Shown: positions 13,405 through 22,203, counted from the stretch's first letter. The stretch is 32,000 bases of DNA from Candidatus Nitrospira inopinata (GCF_001458695.1 NZ_LN885086.1:1560001-1592000), one strand, 5' to 3'. Translations and numbers: made by a program. Notes: generated from the letters alone by a model not told the origin.

Positions 13405-16062
13405 TTACGGATGCGCCGCCCGCCAGTTTTTGCCGACGCCGAGATCAACCTTCAGGGGAACCGAGAGGCCGAGCTGTTGCCCCACCGCTTCCATCTCGTG
13501 TTTCACCAGCCGCTTCGCTTCGTCCGAATCGTGATCCGGTACTTCGAAAATGAGTTCGTCGTGGACTTGCAGAATCATCTTCACGTGCGGCAGGTCCCGG
13601 TGGAGGGCTCGGTGCACGTTGATCATGGCCACTTTGATCAGGTCCGCCGCCGAACCTTGGATGGGACTGTTGACGGCCATCCGCTCGCCGAAGCCGCGCT
13701 GCGTCGGATCGTTGCTTTGCAGTTCGGGAATCGGTCGGCGGCGACCCAGAATGGTCGTGGTGTAGCCCTTTTCCCGCCCCTCGGCGATGTTGCGGTCCAT
13801 CAACGCGCGCACGGCGGGGAACTTTTCAAAGAAGGTGTCGATGTATTGTTTGGCCTCGGTCTGCGAGACGCCGATGTTTTGCGACAGGCCGAAGGGGCTG
13901 ATGCCGTAGACGATGCCGAAGACGACGGTTTTGGCGGCGCGTCGCATCTCGCGGGTGATCTGGCCGGCCGGCCGGTCGAAGATCTCCATGGCCGTCGCCA
14001 TGTGGATGTCTTCCCCTTTGGCGAAGACGGCGAGTAAGCGGGGATCTTGAGACAAGTGGGCCAGGATGCGCGGTTCAATTTGGCTGTAGTCGGCGCAGAG
14101 CAGGTGATGGCCTTTGGGGGCGATGAAAGCCTCGCGGATGCGGAGACCGTACTCGCCTTTGACGGGAATATTTTGCAGGTTGGGATCGGTGGAAGAGAGT
14201 CGCCCCGTGGCCGCGACGGTTTGGTTGAGCGAGGTATGCAACCGTTTGGTTTCCGGATGGATCAATTCGGGCAGGGCGTCCACATAGGTGGACTTGAGTT
14301 TGCTCAAACTGCGGTAGTTGAGGATTTGGGCCGGTAACTCGTGCTGCGTGGCAAGCTGCGTGAGCGTGTCTTCGTCCGTGGAATAGCCGGTCTTGGTTTT
14401 GCGGATCGGTTTGAGCCCCAGCTTGTCGAAGAGAACCGCCGCCAACTGTTTGGGCGAATTGATGTTGAACTCGCCGCCCGCGAGGCCGGCGATCGTGTGC
14501 ATCATGCCGTCGAGTTCCCGTTCCAGTTCCTTGCTCAGCGCATGGAGCGCCTCGACATCGACCAAGAAGCCGTTCCGCTCGATCTCGACGAGCACCGGCA
14601 CCAGCGGCATTTCGACGTCCTCGAACAGCGTCAGGCTGCCTTGTTCTTTCAATTGATCGAGTAGGATCGGCGTGATCTTGGCGATGACCGACGCGCTCTC
14701 CGCGGCCTGTTCGCTCGATCCGGCTGCCGGCTCGAAGAGCGAGGTCGGCTCAGCCTGTTTCCTGGGGGATCCGCCAATCCGATGGTTCAGCAGCTCCAGC
14801 GCCAGGGTGTCGAGTTGGTGGTCGCGGCGATTGGGATGCAACAGATAGTCGGCCACCATCGTGTCAAAATAAGGAGCGGCCAGCGTGATGCCGATGCGGT
14901 GAAAGGCGAGCAGGACGGCCTTCAGGTCGTGGGTGGCCTTGGTTCTGGTCGGCTCATGAAGAAGCGTCGTGATGGGTCTCATGTATTCGTGAACGTCGAG
15001 GGGGATGTACGCCGTGTGGTCGCCGGTGGAGAGCGCGATTCCTTGCGCGTCGGCGTGCCAGGGCGATCCGCCGGTCAGCAGACAGTGGACGGCCAGCGGT
15101 GCTCCGACGGGCAAGGATTCCACGAAGGCCCGCGCCGCCCGTTCGCTTTCAATCAGCGCGGTGGCGGTGCGCTTCGTTCCGGACGACTCGTCCGATGCCT
15201 GGACCGACTTGAGCAGCGAGGTGAATTCCAATTCGCGAAGCAGCTCGTTCAGTCGGTCCATATGGGGCGGTTTCACCCGGAGTGCGGCCTGGTCGAAGTC
15301 GATGGGGCAGTCGGTTTTGATCGTGGCGAGGCTTCGACTGAGCCGCGCCTGATCGGCCTGCTCGATGAGCAGGGTTTTCGTCCGTGCCGGCGTCACTTCG
15401 TCGATGCGGCGCAACAGTTCGTCGATGGTGCCGAACTGCGCGATCAGCTTCATGGCGGTTTTTTCGCCGATGCCCTTCACGCCGGGGATGTTGTCCGTGG
15501 CGTCGCCCATCAGCCCCATGATCTCGACGACGCGCGCCGGCTCGACGCCGAATCGCTCGATGCACTCCGCCTCGCCGAACCATTTGTCCTTGACGGGATC
15601 GTAGATGCGGACGTGCGGGGAAAGGAGCTGGAACATGTCTTTGTCGCCGGTGACGATGACGACGTCGTAGCCGGCTTGTTCGGCCTTCCGCGCGAGCGTG
15701 CCGATCAAGTCGTCGGCCTCGTAGCCCGGTTGCCGCAGGACCGGGATGGCGAGGGCCTCGACCACGCGGTGGATGTACGGAATCTGCGCCTGCATCGCGT
15801 CGGGCATGGGAGGGCGTTGGGCCTTGTACTCCTTGAATTCTTCGTGCCGGAGCGTCGGCCCCTTTTCATCGAACGCCACGGCGACGTCGTCGGGCTGCCG
15901 CTCCCGCAGGATCTTGAGCAGCATCGTCGTGAACCCGTAGACCGCGTTGGTTTGTAGGCCCTTCGAGTTGTTCAAGGGCGGCAGCGCGAAGAACGCGCGG
16001 TAAATGTAGGCGCTGCCGTCGATCAGATACAGCGTGGGACGTTTGTCGGTCGGCGACGTCAT
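13405..16062 (-). CDS. polA: DNA polymerase I
   Basis: The 885-aa product has a 5'-nuclease domain ('LYLIDGSAYIYRAFFA', 'GDKDMFQL', 'GIGEKTA'). Its family-A polymerase motifs are 'DYSQIEPRILAH', 'RRAAKTVVFGIVYG' and 'QVHDELIFE'. Confidence 0.97.
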   Translation of the reverse strand: MTSPTDKRPTLYLIDGSAYIYRAFFALPPLNNSKGLQTNAVYGFTTMLLKILRERQPDDVAVAFDEKGPTLRHEEFKEYKAQRPPMPDAMQAQIPYIHRVVEALAIPVLRQPGYEADDLIGTLARKAEQAGYDVVIVTGDKDMFQLLSPHVRIYDPVKDKWFGEAECIERFGVEPARVVEIMGLMGDATDNIPGVKGIGEKTAMKLIAQFGTIDELLRRIDEVTPARTKTLLIEQADQARLSRSLATIKTDCPIDFDQAALRVKPPHMDRLNELLRELEFTSLLKSVQASDESSGTKRTATALIESERAARAFVESLPVGAPLAVHCLLTGGSPWHADAQGIALSTGDHTAYIPLDVHEYMRPITTLLHEPTRTKATHDLKAVLLAFHRIGITLAAPYFDTMVADYLLHPNRRDHQLDTLALELLNHRIGGSPRKQAEPTSLFEPAAGSSEQAAESASVIAKITPILLDQLKEQGSLTLFEDVEMPLVPVLVEIERNGFLVDVEALHALSKELERELDGMMHTIAGLAGGEFNINSPKQLAAVLFDKLGLKPIRKTKTGYSTDEDTLTQLATQHELPAQILNYRSLSKLKSTYVDALPELIHPETKRLHTSLNQTVAATGRLSSTDPNLQNIPVKGEYGLRIREAFIAPKGHHLLCADYSQIEPRILAHLSQDPRLLAVFAKGEDIHMATAMEIFDRPAGQITREMRRAAKTVVFGIVYGISPFGLSQNIGVSQTEAKQYIDTFFEKFPAVRALMDRNIAEGREKGYTTTILGRRRPIPELQSNDPTQRGFGERMAVNSPIQGSAADLIKVAMINVHRALHRDLPHVKMILQVHDELIFEVPDHDSDEAKRLVKHEMEAVGQQLGLSVPLKVDLGVGKNWRAAHP

Positions 16063-16077
16063 GAGATCACGACGAGA

Positions 16078-16509
16078 TCACGGGTCCGGCGCGACGACCA
16101 ACGGCGGCCTGCCGAACTTCTCGCGCATGGCGTTGATGGTGTTGAGGACGGTCGGCCGTCCGATCAACAGGGCCTCGAGCTTGCGTTTGCCGGGGAAATC
16201 CAACATGGAAATGCCGATCAACATGGTCAAAATGCCTTGCCCCGGCAAAAACAGCATCAGAAAGCCCACGAAGCAAAAGACGGCGCCGATGGTGTTCTTG
16301 ACCACGTGGCCGAGTATCCGAAGGACCGGATGATGATTTTTCATCCAGGAACGCGGGACGCGGACGTCGAAATAATCGGCCGGCAGGCGGACGAGGATGA
16401 AGGGGATCGCGATGAGTGACCCGACAAAGAACACGATGGAAAAAATCGTCAGCAGCACCAATGTCTCGGTCGATACATACTGTTCAACTGTGGCGAGCAG
16501 GCGATCCAT
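16078..16509 (-). CDS. Hypothetical integral membrane protein (PGPGW-like)
   Basis: The product has three to four hydrophobic helices. The segment 'FLPGQGILTMLIG' resembles the PGPGW-type small transmembrane family, recalled from memory. The gene ends 16 nt upstream of polA on the same strand. Confidence 0.6.
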   Translation of the reverse strand: MDRLLATVEQYVSTETLVLLTIFSIVFFVGSLIAIPFILVRLPADYFDVRVPRSWMKNHHPVLRILGHVVKNTIGAVFCFVGFLMLFLPGQGILTMLIGISMLDFPGKRKLEALLIGRPTVLNTINAMREKFGRPPLVVAPDP

Positions 16510-16619
16510 TGCGCGGGCATCCTAGCATGACCTCGGACCCCCCTCAAGGCGACGGGCGTGCGATCCGCTGTTTACGCCGTCTTGATCGGAGACTATAATG
16601 CCCGACATGGAGTTCGACC

Positions 16620-16973
16620 ATGCGAAGTCTTCCGCGCGGCTGGGCGCTCGGCGGGGTCATCGTCCTGTGCCTGACGCTGGCGCCGGGCGTCGGCCGAGCG
16701 CAACGGGAACCGGCGTCGGGCGACAATCTGCGCATTGAGATCACCAAGAAAGGGGTCGGCAAACAGGTTGTCATCACGCAGGGAACGAAAGAGTGGTTTT
16801 TGTTGATCGACGTGACGCCGGAACACTCCGTCGTGGTTCGGCAGGAAAAGGACCGCGATCACTATCTGGTGGATGAAACCGAAACCCACGATCGCCCGAT
16901 GACCGAGGGCGAAGTGGAGGCCGCCGTCGAAGATTACATCAACAGCGTCAAGGTGCGACTCAACCAACAGTAA
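16620..16973 (+). CDS. Hypothetical secreted protein
   Basis: A GGAG SD lies 7 nt upstream. There is a signal peptide ending '...APGVGRA|Q'. I recognise no family. The gene is followed after 3 nt by the DsrE-like gene. Confidence 0.6.
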   Translation: MRSLPRGWALGGVIVLCLTLAPGVGRAQREPASGDNLRIEITKKGVGKQVVITQGTKEWFLLIDVTPEHSVVVRQEKDRDHYLVDETETHDRPMTEGEVEAAVEDYINSVKVRLNQQ

Positions 16974-16976
16974 GCC

Positions 16977-17396
16977 ATGGCACAGTCTCCCCGATTCGTC
17001 ATCTTCGCCCACAACGCCACGTACGACAAGCTGCATCAGACGGCCACCCTCGGCCTGACGGCCGCCGCCATGGGCAAGGACGTGATCGTCGTCCTGCTGT
17101 TTTGGACGATCAAAAAACTGGCCGAGGGCAAGATGGACCAACTGGACTTCCCCCCGGAATACGCGGCGTCCGCCGACGAAGTGGCCAGGCTGCTGAAAGA
17201 GAAAAAAGTCCCCACCATCTCGGAGATGTTCCAAGACGCCAAGCGCGTCGGCAAATTTCGATTGATCGCCTGCAGCGCCGGCTTGGAATACATGGGCGTG
17301 GACAGTGGGGCGGTCGAACAACAGGTCGATGAAATTCTCGGCCTGCCTGCCATCCTCAAGTTGACCGAAGAAGCGGAAACCAAGCTGTTCATCTGA
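16977..17396 (+). CDS. DsrE/DsrF-like family protein (soluble paralog)
   Basis: The 139-aa product shares clear motifs with the ORF at 20369..20899: 'AAAMG..V.V...FW', 'R[LF]IAC[ST]', 'GLP/GV..LTEEAETKLFI' versus '...AEAKQSSVNLFI'. Both carry a conserved Cys in an 'IAC' context, typical of DsrE-like sulfur-relay proteins. Confidence 0.7.
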   Translation: MAQSPRFVIFAHNATYDKLHQTATLGLTAAAMGKDVIVVLLFWTIKKLAEGKMDQLDFPPEYAASADEVARLLKEKKVPTISEMFQDAKRVGKFRLIACSAGLEYMGVDSGAVEQQVDEILGLPAILKLTEEAETKLFI

Positions 17397-17466
17397 ACTC
17401 GGTTTTTCCGGTGGTCCTCCCTCGCCGTGAGGTCCTCCCCGCTCCGTTGCACGATCATCCTAAAGC

Positions 17467-18126
17467 CTAGCGACTTTTGGTCACGCCCACGCGGTCGCAA
17501 TAGGGGGCGAGTTTGCACTGGCTGCACAGAGGAGAGACCGGCAAACACAGGTTCTGGCCGTAGGGGACGAGCAGGTCGTTGTAGGTGATCCAATAACGCC
17601 GTGGGAGGACGCGCCGGAGGGCCTGTTCGCTTTCTTCCGGCGTCTTGGTTTTGATATAGCCCCAGCGGTTGCTGATGCGATGGACGTGGATATCGACGCA
17701 AATGCCGGGCTTGCCGTAGCCCACCGTCACCACCAGGTTGGCCGTCTTTCGTCCGACTCCCGGCAAGGTGAGGAGTTCGTCGATGGAATCAGGCACCCGC
17801 CCTTCATATTTGGTGAGGAGCAAGCGGCAGATCCGGTGAATCGATTTGGCTTTGGTGCGGTAGAAGCCGACCGGGTAGATGGCTCGTTCGATGGTTTTGA
17901 GAGGCAGCTTGAGCATGGCCGCCGGCGTGCAGGCCAAGGCGAAAAGTCGGTCGCCGGCCTCCTGGGTCGTCTTGTCCTTCGTTCGCAGACTCAGGAGGCA
18001 AGAGATGAGGATGAGAAAAGGATCGCGATTCGATTGCCGAGCGACGACGCCGACGACAGGCTCCCGCCACCGGCGAATCTCACGCCGTACGATCCGAATC
18101 GCCGCGTGGATCTCGTCCTGGCGCAT
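17467..18126 (-). CDS. nth: Endonuclease III (DNA glycosylase/AP lyase)
   Basis: The helix-hairpin-helix motif 'LLTLPGVGRKTANLVV' is present. The C-terminal [4Fe-4S] loop is C-x6-C-x2-C-x5-C ('CLPVSPLCSQCKLAPYC'). Confidence 0.9.
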   Translation of the reverse strand: MRQDEIHAAIRIVRREIRRWREPVVGVVARQSNRDPFLILISCLLSLRTKDKTTQEAGDRLFALACTPAAMLKLPLKTIERAIYPVGFYRTKAKSIHRICRLLLTKYEGRVPDSIDELLTLPGVGRKTANLVVTVGYGKPGICVDIHVHRISNRWGYIKTKTPEESEQALRRVLPRRYWITYNDLLVPYGQNLCLPVSPLCSQCKLAPYCDRVGVTKSR

Positions 18127-18194
18127 GGGGTGTCATCGCGTGAAGCGAGAACGACGGTGGGATGATCAAAAAAGGAGAGAAGAGGGCGGTCGTC

Positions 18195-18389
18195 TTAGTC
18201 CGGCTTCCGTTTCGCCAACCATTTCTGGCGGCGTCGTTGGGCTTCACGTTGTTTGGCTTTCCGCCGAACGCTGGGTTTCTCGTAAAAGCGGCGACGCTTC
18301 AGTTCGCGAAACAGTCCTTCTCCCGCCAATTTCTTTTTGGCGACTTTGAGCGCCTTTTCGACATTGTTATTGAAGACTTTAATTTCCAT
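18195..18389 (-). CDS. rpsU: 30S ribosomal protein S21
   Basis: Starting at the ATG at 18389 gives the 64-aa product 'MEIKVFNNNVEKALKVAKKKLAGEGLFRELKRRRFYEKPSVRRKAKQREAQRRRQK...', which is typical S21. The upstream part of ORF 18195..18482 is not S21-like. Confidence 0.9.
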   Translation of the reverse strand: MEIKVFNNNVEKALKVAKKKLAGEGLFRELKRRRFYEKPSVRRKAKQREAQRRRQKWLAKRKPD

Positions 18390-18435
18390 CGGTTTGTGTT
18401 GTCCCTCTCGTACGTGATCGTGCCGCTGGAGGCCC

Positions 18436-19917
18436 TTACTCAACAGGGGGCGGAGTGTAACACAGCACCTTGAGTTCCTCAAGGTTTTGTTCGGCCCTCG
18501 CGATCCGACTCGCTTGAGATTCTCTAATATTTTGATTTCGTTGACGATTTACGTTTTCTCTTGCAGTCACAATGGCTGAGGCGGCTGCTGCGACGGCCAT
18601 CTGGATGCCGACAGTCAGGTCCGAGCGAACGAGCGGTTTGGCCGATCGGCTGATCTCGTGCAGCGACCGACCGACTCGGCAGGACAGTTCGGCGATTTCG
18701 ATCGGGATCTCGGTCGCGAGATGGAGAGCGTCGGAAACGGCTTGTGGCCGGTTCGGATCGTGTTTGGGAATGGTACAGGCCTCCATCAGCTTGCCGTAAG
18801 CGTCGGCATCCGATTGGACAAGCCGGTGAAGCCGTTGTTGCAAGTGCGTCAGCTCCTGCTCCTTGTCCTGATGCCCGCCGAGACGCGCTCCCATCACGCC
18901 CAACGAGGCCGCCAACGCCCCGACGTAGGCCGCGACGCTTCCTCCGCCCGGTGTCGGCCGGGGAGCGGCAATCGCATCAAGAAAGCCGCGCAGGGTCTGG
19001 TCCCGTTGCTGCGCGTCCGCTGTTGCAAGGGCGGTTTCAAGAACGTGGGACTCATCAAATCCTTGAAGCCGCAGGGCGGCGACCATCGCCTGGGTAACCG
19101 CCGCCCGGGGGACGAGGCCGACGATTTCACTTCCAGCAATCAGGACGCCGTGTTTGGCGGCTTCGGCTTCCACGGCGCGGAACGCCCGATCAAGCGGCGT
19201 GACGTGATAGTCGGTCACGTTCATGGCCACTTGCACCAAGCCTCGGCCGGTCAGCGGGACGCCGATGGCTTTCAGGCCGGGGAGGCCGCCGTTGGATGCT
19301 CTGATGGATCGGGCGATGTCTTTCGCGATGGAGAGATCGTCGGTCGCGAGATCGACGTTGAAGGCGATGAGGGGGGTGCGCGCGCCGATGACGATGGCTC
19401 CCGCCGTTTCGTGCAGACGGGACGGGCCGAAATCGGGCGACCAGGCCGAGTCCTGTTCCATCCTCGAAGCCAATCCCGTCAGCCCTCCTTTGCGAATCGC
19501 TTCCAGCCTGCGCCGAGCTTCGGTGGGTGCCGCCTCCTCGTAGAGAAAGACGGGAATCTTCAATCGCGTTCCCACTTCTTGTCCAATCATGCGGGCCAAC
19601 CGCGCACAGTCGTCCATGGCAACGTCTTGAAGGGGCACGAACGGCACCACGTCCGTTGCGCCGATGCGGGGGTGCACCCCCTCGTGTCGGCGAAGGTCGA
19701 TGAGTTCCGTCGCCCTGACGATGACGCGCCACGCGGCCTCGCCGACGGCGTCGGGAGGGCCGGCGAACGTCAAGACCGATCGGTGGTGGTCGGGATCCAT
19801 CGTCCGATGCAGAAACCTCACGTCCGGCACGGAGATGATCGCGGCGACGAGAGCCTGGATGACGGCCTGGTCTCGGCCTTCGCTGAAGTTGGGGACACAT
19901 TCGATCAGCGGCGGCAT
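18436..19917 (-). CDS. ftcD: Bifunctional glutamate formimidoyltransferase / formimidoyl-THF cyclodeaminase
   Basis: Starting at the ATG at 19917 gives 'MPPLIECVPNFSEGRD', the hallmark N-terminus of the formiminotransferase. The C-terminal ~190 aa contain 'PTPGGGSVAAYVGALAASLGVM', which is cyclodeaminase-domain-like. The first 59 codons of ORF 18436..20094 are Arg/Ser-rich and unlikely to be coding. Confidence 0.85.
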   Translation of the reverse strand: MPPLIECVPNFSEGRDQAVIQALVAAIISVPDVRFLHRTMDPDHHRSVLTFAGPPDAVGEAAWRVIVRATELIDLRRHEGVHPRIGATDVVPFVPLQDVAMDDCARLARMIGQEVGTRLKIPVFLYEEAAPTEARRRLEAIRKGGLTGLASRMEQDSAWSPDFGPSRLHETAGAIVIGARTPLIAFNVDLATDDLSIAKDIARSIRASNGGLPGLKAIGVPLTGRGLVQVAMNVTDYHVTPLDRAFRAVEAEAAKHGVLIAGSEIVGLVPRAAVTQAMVAALRLQGFDESHVLETALATADAQQRDQTLRGFLDAIAAPRPTPGGGSVAAYVGALAASLGVMGARLGGHQDKEQELTHLQQRLHRLVQSDADAYGKLMEACTIPKHDPNRPQAVSDALHLATEIPIEIAELSCRVGRSLHEISRSAKPLVRSDLTVGIQMAVAAAASAIVTARENVNRQRNQNIRESQASRIARAEQNLEELKVLCYTPPPVE

Positions 19918-20017
19918 CGTGCCTCGGCAAAAAGAGAAAGCCGGAAGAAGGGGACGTTTCTTCCGACTCCATGACTGGGAATGTGATCGGGCGGTATCGT
20001 TCGGGTTTGTGGCGTAC

Positions 20018-20260
20018 CTACTTCGTCTTCTTGACGAACGCTTTGTAAATACGGCCGGAGGCACCCTGCGCTTCTTCCATGCCGACCATCTCATGGCCCG
20101 TGGTCTCGCACCAAGCCGGCATGTCTTTCTTGATGCCTTCGTCGTCGGATACGATTTCGAGCACTTGGCCCACGGCCAGTTCTTTGATCTTTTTCGACGT
20201 GAGAATGATCGGCATGGGGCAGAAATACCCTAAGGTGTCCAGCTTCACATCTGCTTGCAT
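20018..20260 (-). CDS. tusA: TusA/SirA-family sulfurtransferase
   Basis: The conserved 'LGYFCPMPI' (Cys-Pro-x-Pro) lies near the N-terminus. The product is about 80 aa, like TusA. The ATG at 20260 has a GGAG 9 nt upstream. The alternative ATG at 20275 has no SD. Confidence 0.8.
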   Translation of the reverse strand: MQADVKLDTLGYFCPMPIILTSKKIKELAVGQVLEIVSDDEGIKKDMPAWCETTGHEMVGMEEAQGASGRIYKAFVKKTK

Positions 20261-20368
20261 TGGTGATGACTCCATGCTGGTTTGTGGTTACAGCGCGAAC
20301 GTAAAGACCGCGACGAACGTTCCGGCCTTGTCGTTCGCCGTAACCAGCCGGAATGAATCAGGTTAACC

Positions 20369-20899
20369 TTAGATGAAGAGGTTCACGCTGCTCTGTTTGG
20401 CTTCAGCCAAGTAGGTGGTCACCCCGGCGAATTGATCGATCCCCTCGATCAGCGTGTCCTTGGTGATTCCCATCAGGCCCATGGTGGTCGTGCAGGCAAT
20501 GAACCGAACGCCCAAGTCCAAGGCGGTTCGCATCAGCTCAGGGACGCCCGGCATGCGGTTCTGTTTCATCACCTTCTGCATCATTTTGGTCCCCAAGCCG
20601 CCGAAATGAAAGCGCGACAACGGCAACGTTTCAGCGCCGCCCTTGTTGAGGGCGCCGAACATCCGGCGCAGCCAATCCTTGGCCGAGCTGGCGGCGCCTT
20701 TTCGGCGAATCGCGTTCAATCCCCAAAACGTGAAGAAGATGGTGACCTGCATTCCCATCGCGGCCGCCCCCGTGGCGATGATAAAAGCCGCCATGGCCCG
20801 GTCAAGGTCGCCGCTTAACAACACGATCGTCACTCGCTCGGGCTTGGTCGCTTCAAGTTGAGCCAACATTGTCGCCGGCTCTATGTGCGTGGCATTCAT
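20369..20899 (-). CDS. DsrE2-like (DsrE/DsrF/DsrH-like family) protein with hydrophobic segments
   Basis: The 176-aa product has 'MAAFIIATGAAAMGMQVTIFFTFWGL' and a conserved Cys in 'RFIACTTTMGLMG'. A GAGGTG SD precedes the start. The gene sits directly upstream of the TusA-like gene, which is the known dsrE2-tusA arrangement. Confidence 0.75.
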   Translation of the reverse strand: MNATHIEPATMLAQLEATKPERVTIVLLSGDLDRAMAAFIIATGAAAMGMQVTIFFTFWGLNAIRRKGAASSAKDWLRRMFGALNKGGAETLPLSRFHFGGLGTKMMQKVMKQNRMPGVPELMRTALDLGVRFIACTTTMGLMGITKDTLIEGIDQFAGVTTYLAEAKQSSVNLFI

Positions 20900-21007
20900 G
20901 GTCGCACCTCGTTAACTATTTGGAATTTTCAGACGGCAAAAAAGAATAGTATGGGGTCCGTGAGAGTGTCAAGGAAGGCTTCGACGCCGTCCGGATGGCG
21001 GTGCGGC

Positions 21008-21036
21008 TTGACCTGGCCCGAGCCGGTCGTTATAGT
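21008..21036 (+). promoter_or_regulatory. Putative sigma70 promoter of the Rieske oxygenase gene (TTGACC-N17-TATAGT)
   Basis: TTGACC lies at 21008-21013, followed by a 17-nt spacer and TATAGT at 21031-21036. The element sits about 50 nt upstream of the ATG at 21085. Confidence 0.45.
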
Positions 21037-21084
21037 CACGACCGATCGGATGCCGGCCCTCTTCACCCCTTGTGTTCCTCGTCA

Positions 21085-22167
21085 ATGAGCACGCACCTCG
21101 TACCTGAAATCGTATCCGCCAAGAGCGCTCCGCTGCTGGGATTTTGGTACCCGGCCGTGCCCGGCGACACCCTGTCCCGCGGGGTGATGAAAGGGCTTCA
21201 GATGGCCGGCCTTCCGATCCTGCTCTGCCGAGATCGGGAAGGGAAGCTGGCCGCCATGCGGGATCTTTGTCCCCATCGGGGCATGCCCCTTTCCTTCGGG
21301 CGATTCGACGGCGAGCGGGTGGAATGCCCGTACCACGGTTGGCAGTTCGATATGAGAGGCCGCTGTTGTCGCATTCCCGCCTTGCCGGAAGGCGCGCCGT
21401 TGCAGACCGAGAAGGTGGGCATCGCCTCCTATCCCGTGGAAGAGGCCGACGGGATGATCTGGATTTATCTCCCCGATGAACGGGGAACCGCGATCCCGTT
21501 GCCGCCTGTGCCTCGCATGCCGCTGCCCTCGGAGCCGAAACAATCGTTCCACATTTCGCTCACCTATACATGCACGCCGGACGACGGCGTGATCGGGCTC
21601 ATTGATCCGGTGCACGGGCCGTACGTCCATTCGTGGTGGCGCAGTCACGAACGCATGCAGGAAAAGACGAAGATCTACGAGCCGATTCCGAACGGATTTC
21701 GGATGACCTCTCACCGGCCGGCCAAAAACAGCGGGCCGTTCCATTGGTTGGAACGGATCTACGGAGGGCCGTTGACCACGACCATCGATTTCGTGTTGCC
21801 GAATCAACGGGTCGAGCTGATGCAATGCGGACGAGCGTGGTTGGCCAATCGCTTGATGGCCACGCCCGTGTCCGAGATGGAATGTCGCATCGATTTCTCC
21901 GCCTATTGGCGCGGACTGCATTGGATTCCGTTCAGCAACCGGTTCTTTCGCGCCTTGGCGAAACAATTTCTCAGTCAGGATGAGCGCGCCATGAAGCACC
22001 TGGCCGTGGGGCTCCGTCATAAACCCCCGTCGATGTTCGTCGGCGACGCCGACATGCCGGCCAGGTGGTATTACAAACTCAAGGCGGCCTATCTTGCGTC
22101 GATTCAGACCGGACAACCGATGGATCATCCGCTCAAGGAGCGAGTGACGCTTCGATGGAGAAGCTGA
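21085..22167 (+). CDS. Rieske [2Fe-2S] non-haem-iron oxygenase (PaO/VanA/KshA-like alpha subunit)
   Basis: The Rieske motif 'CPHRG-x14-CPYHGWQF' is present. The mononuclear Fe motif is 'DPVHGPYVH' (D-x2-H-x4-H). The start is set at the ATG at 21085 because the putative promoter lies inside the longer ORF. Confidence 0.85.
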   Translation: MSTHLVPEIVSAKSAPLLGFWYPAVPGDTLSRGVMKGLQMAGLPILLCRDREGKLAAMRDLCPHRGMPLSFGRFDGERVECPYHGWQFDMRGRCCRIPALPEGAPLQTEKVGIASYPVEEADGMIWIYLPDERGTAIPLPPVPRMPLPSEPKQSFHISLTYTCTPDDGVIGLIDPVHGPYVHSWWRSHERMQEKTKIYEPIPNGFRMTSHRPAKNSGPFHWLERIYGGPLTTTIDFVLPNQRVELMQCGRAWLANRLMATPVSEMECRIDFSAYWRGLHWIPFSNRFFRALAKQFLSQDERAMKHLAVGLRHKPPSMFVGDADMPARWYYKLKAAYLASIQTGQPMDHPLKERVTLRWRS

Positions 22168-22203
22168 TCGGTCCGTTCCGCTCCTACTAGTCCGTCTAGT
22201 CCG

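Noticed and set aside
14782-15957. 391-aa plus-strand ORF antisense to polA (also 13354..14037)
   Set aside because: These are shadow ORFs opposite an unambiguous polA.
18658-19974. 438-aa plus-strand ORF antisense to ftcD
   Set aside because: It is a shadow ORF with an Arg/Gly-rich translation and no motifs.
21082-22128. 348-aa minus-strand ORF antisense to the Rieske oxygenase
   Set aside because: The plus-strand gene carries both the Rieske and the mononuclear-iron motifs. The antisense ORF has none.
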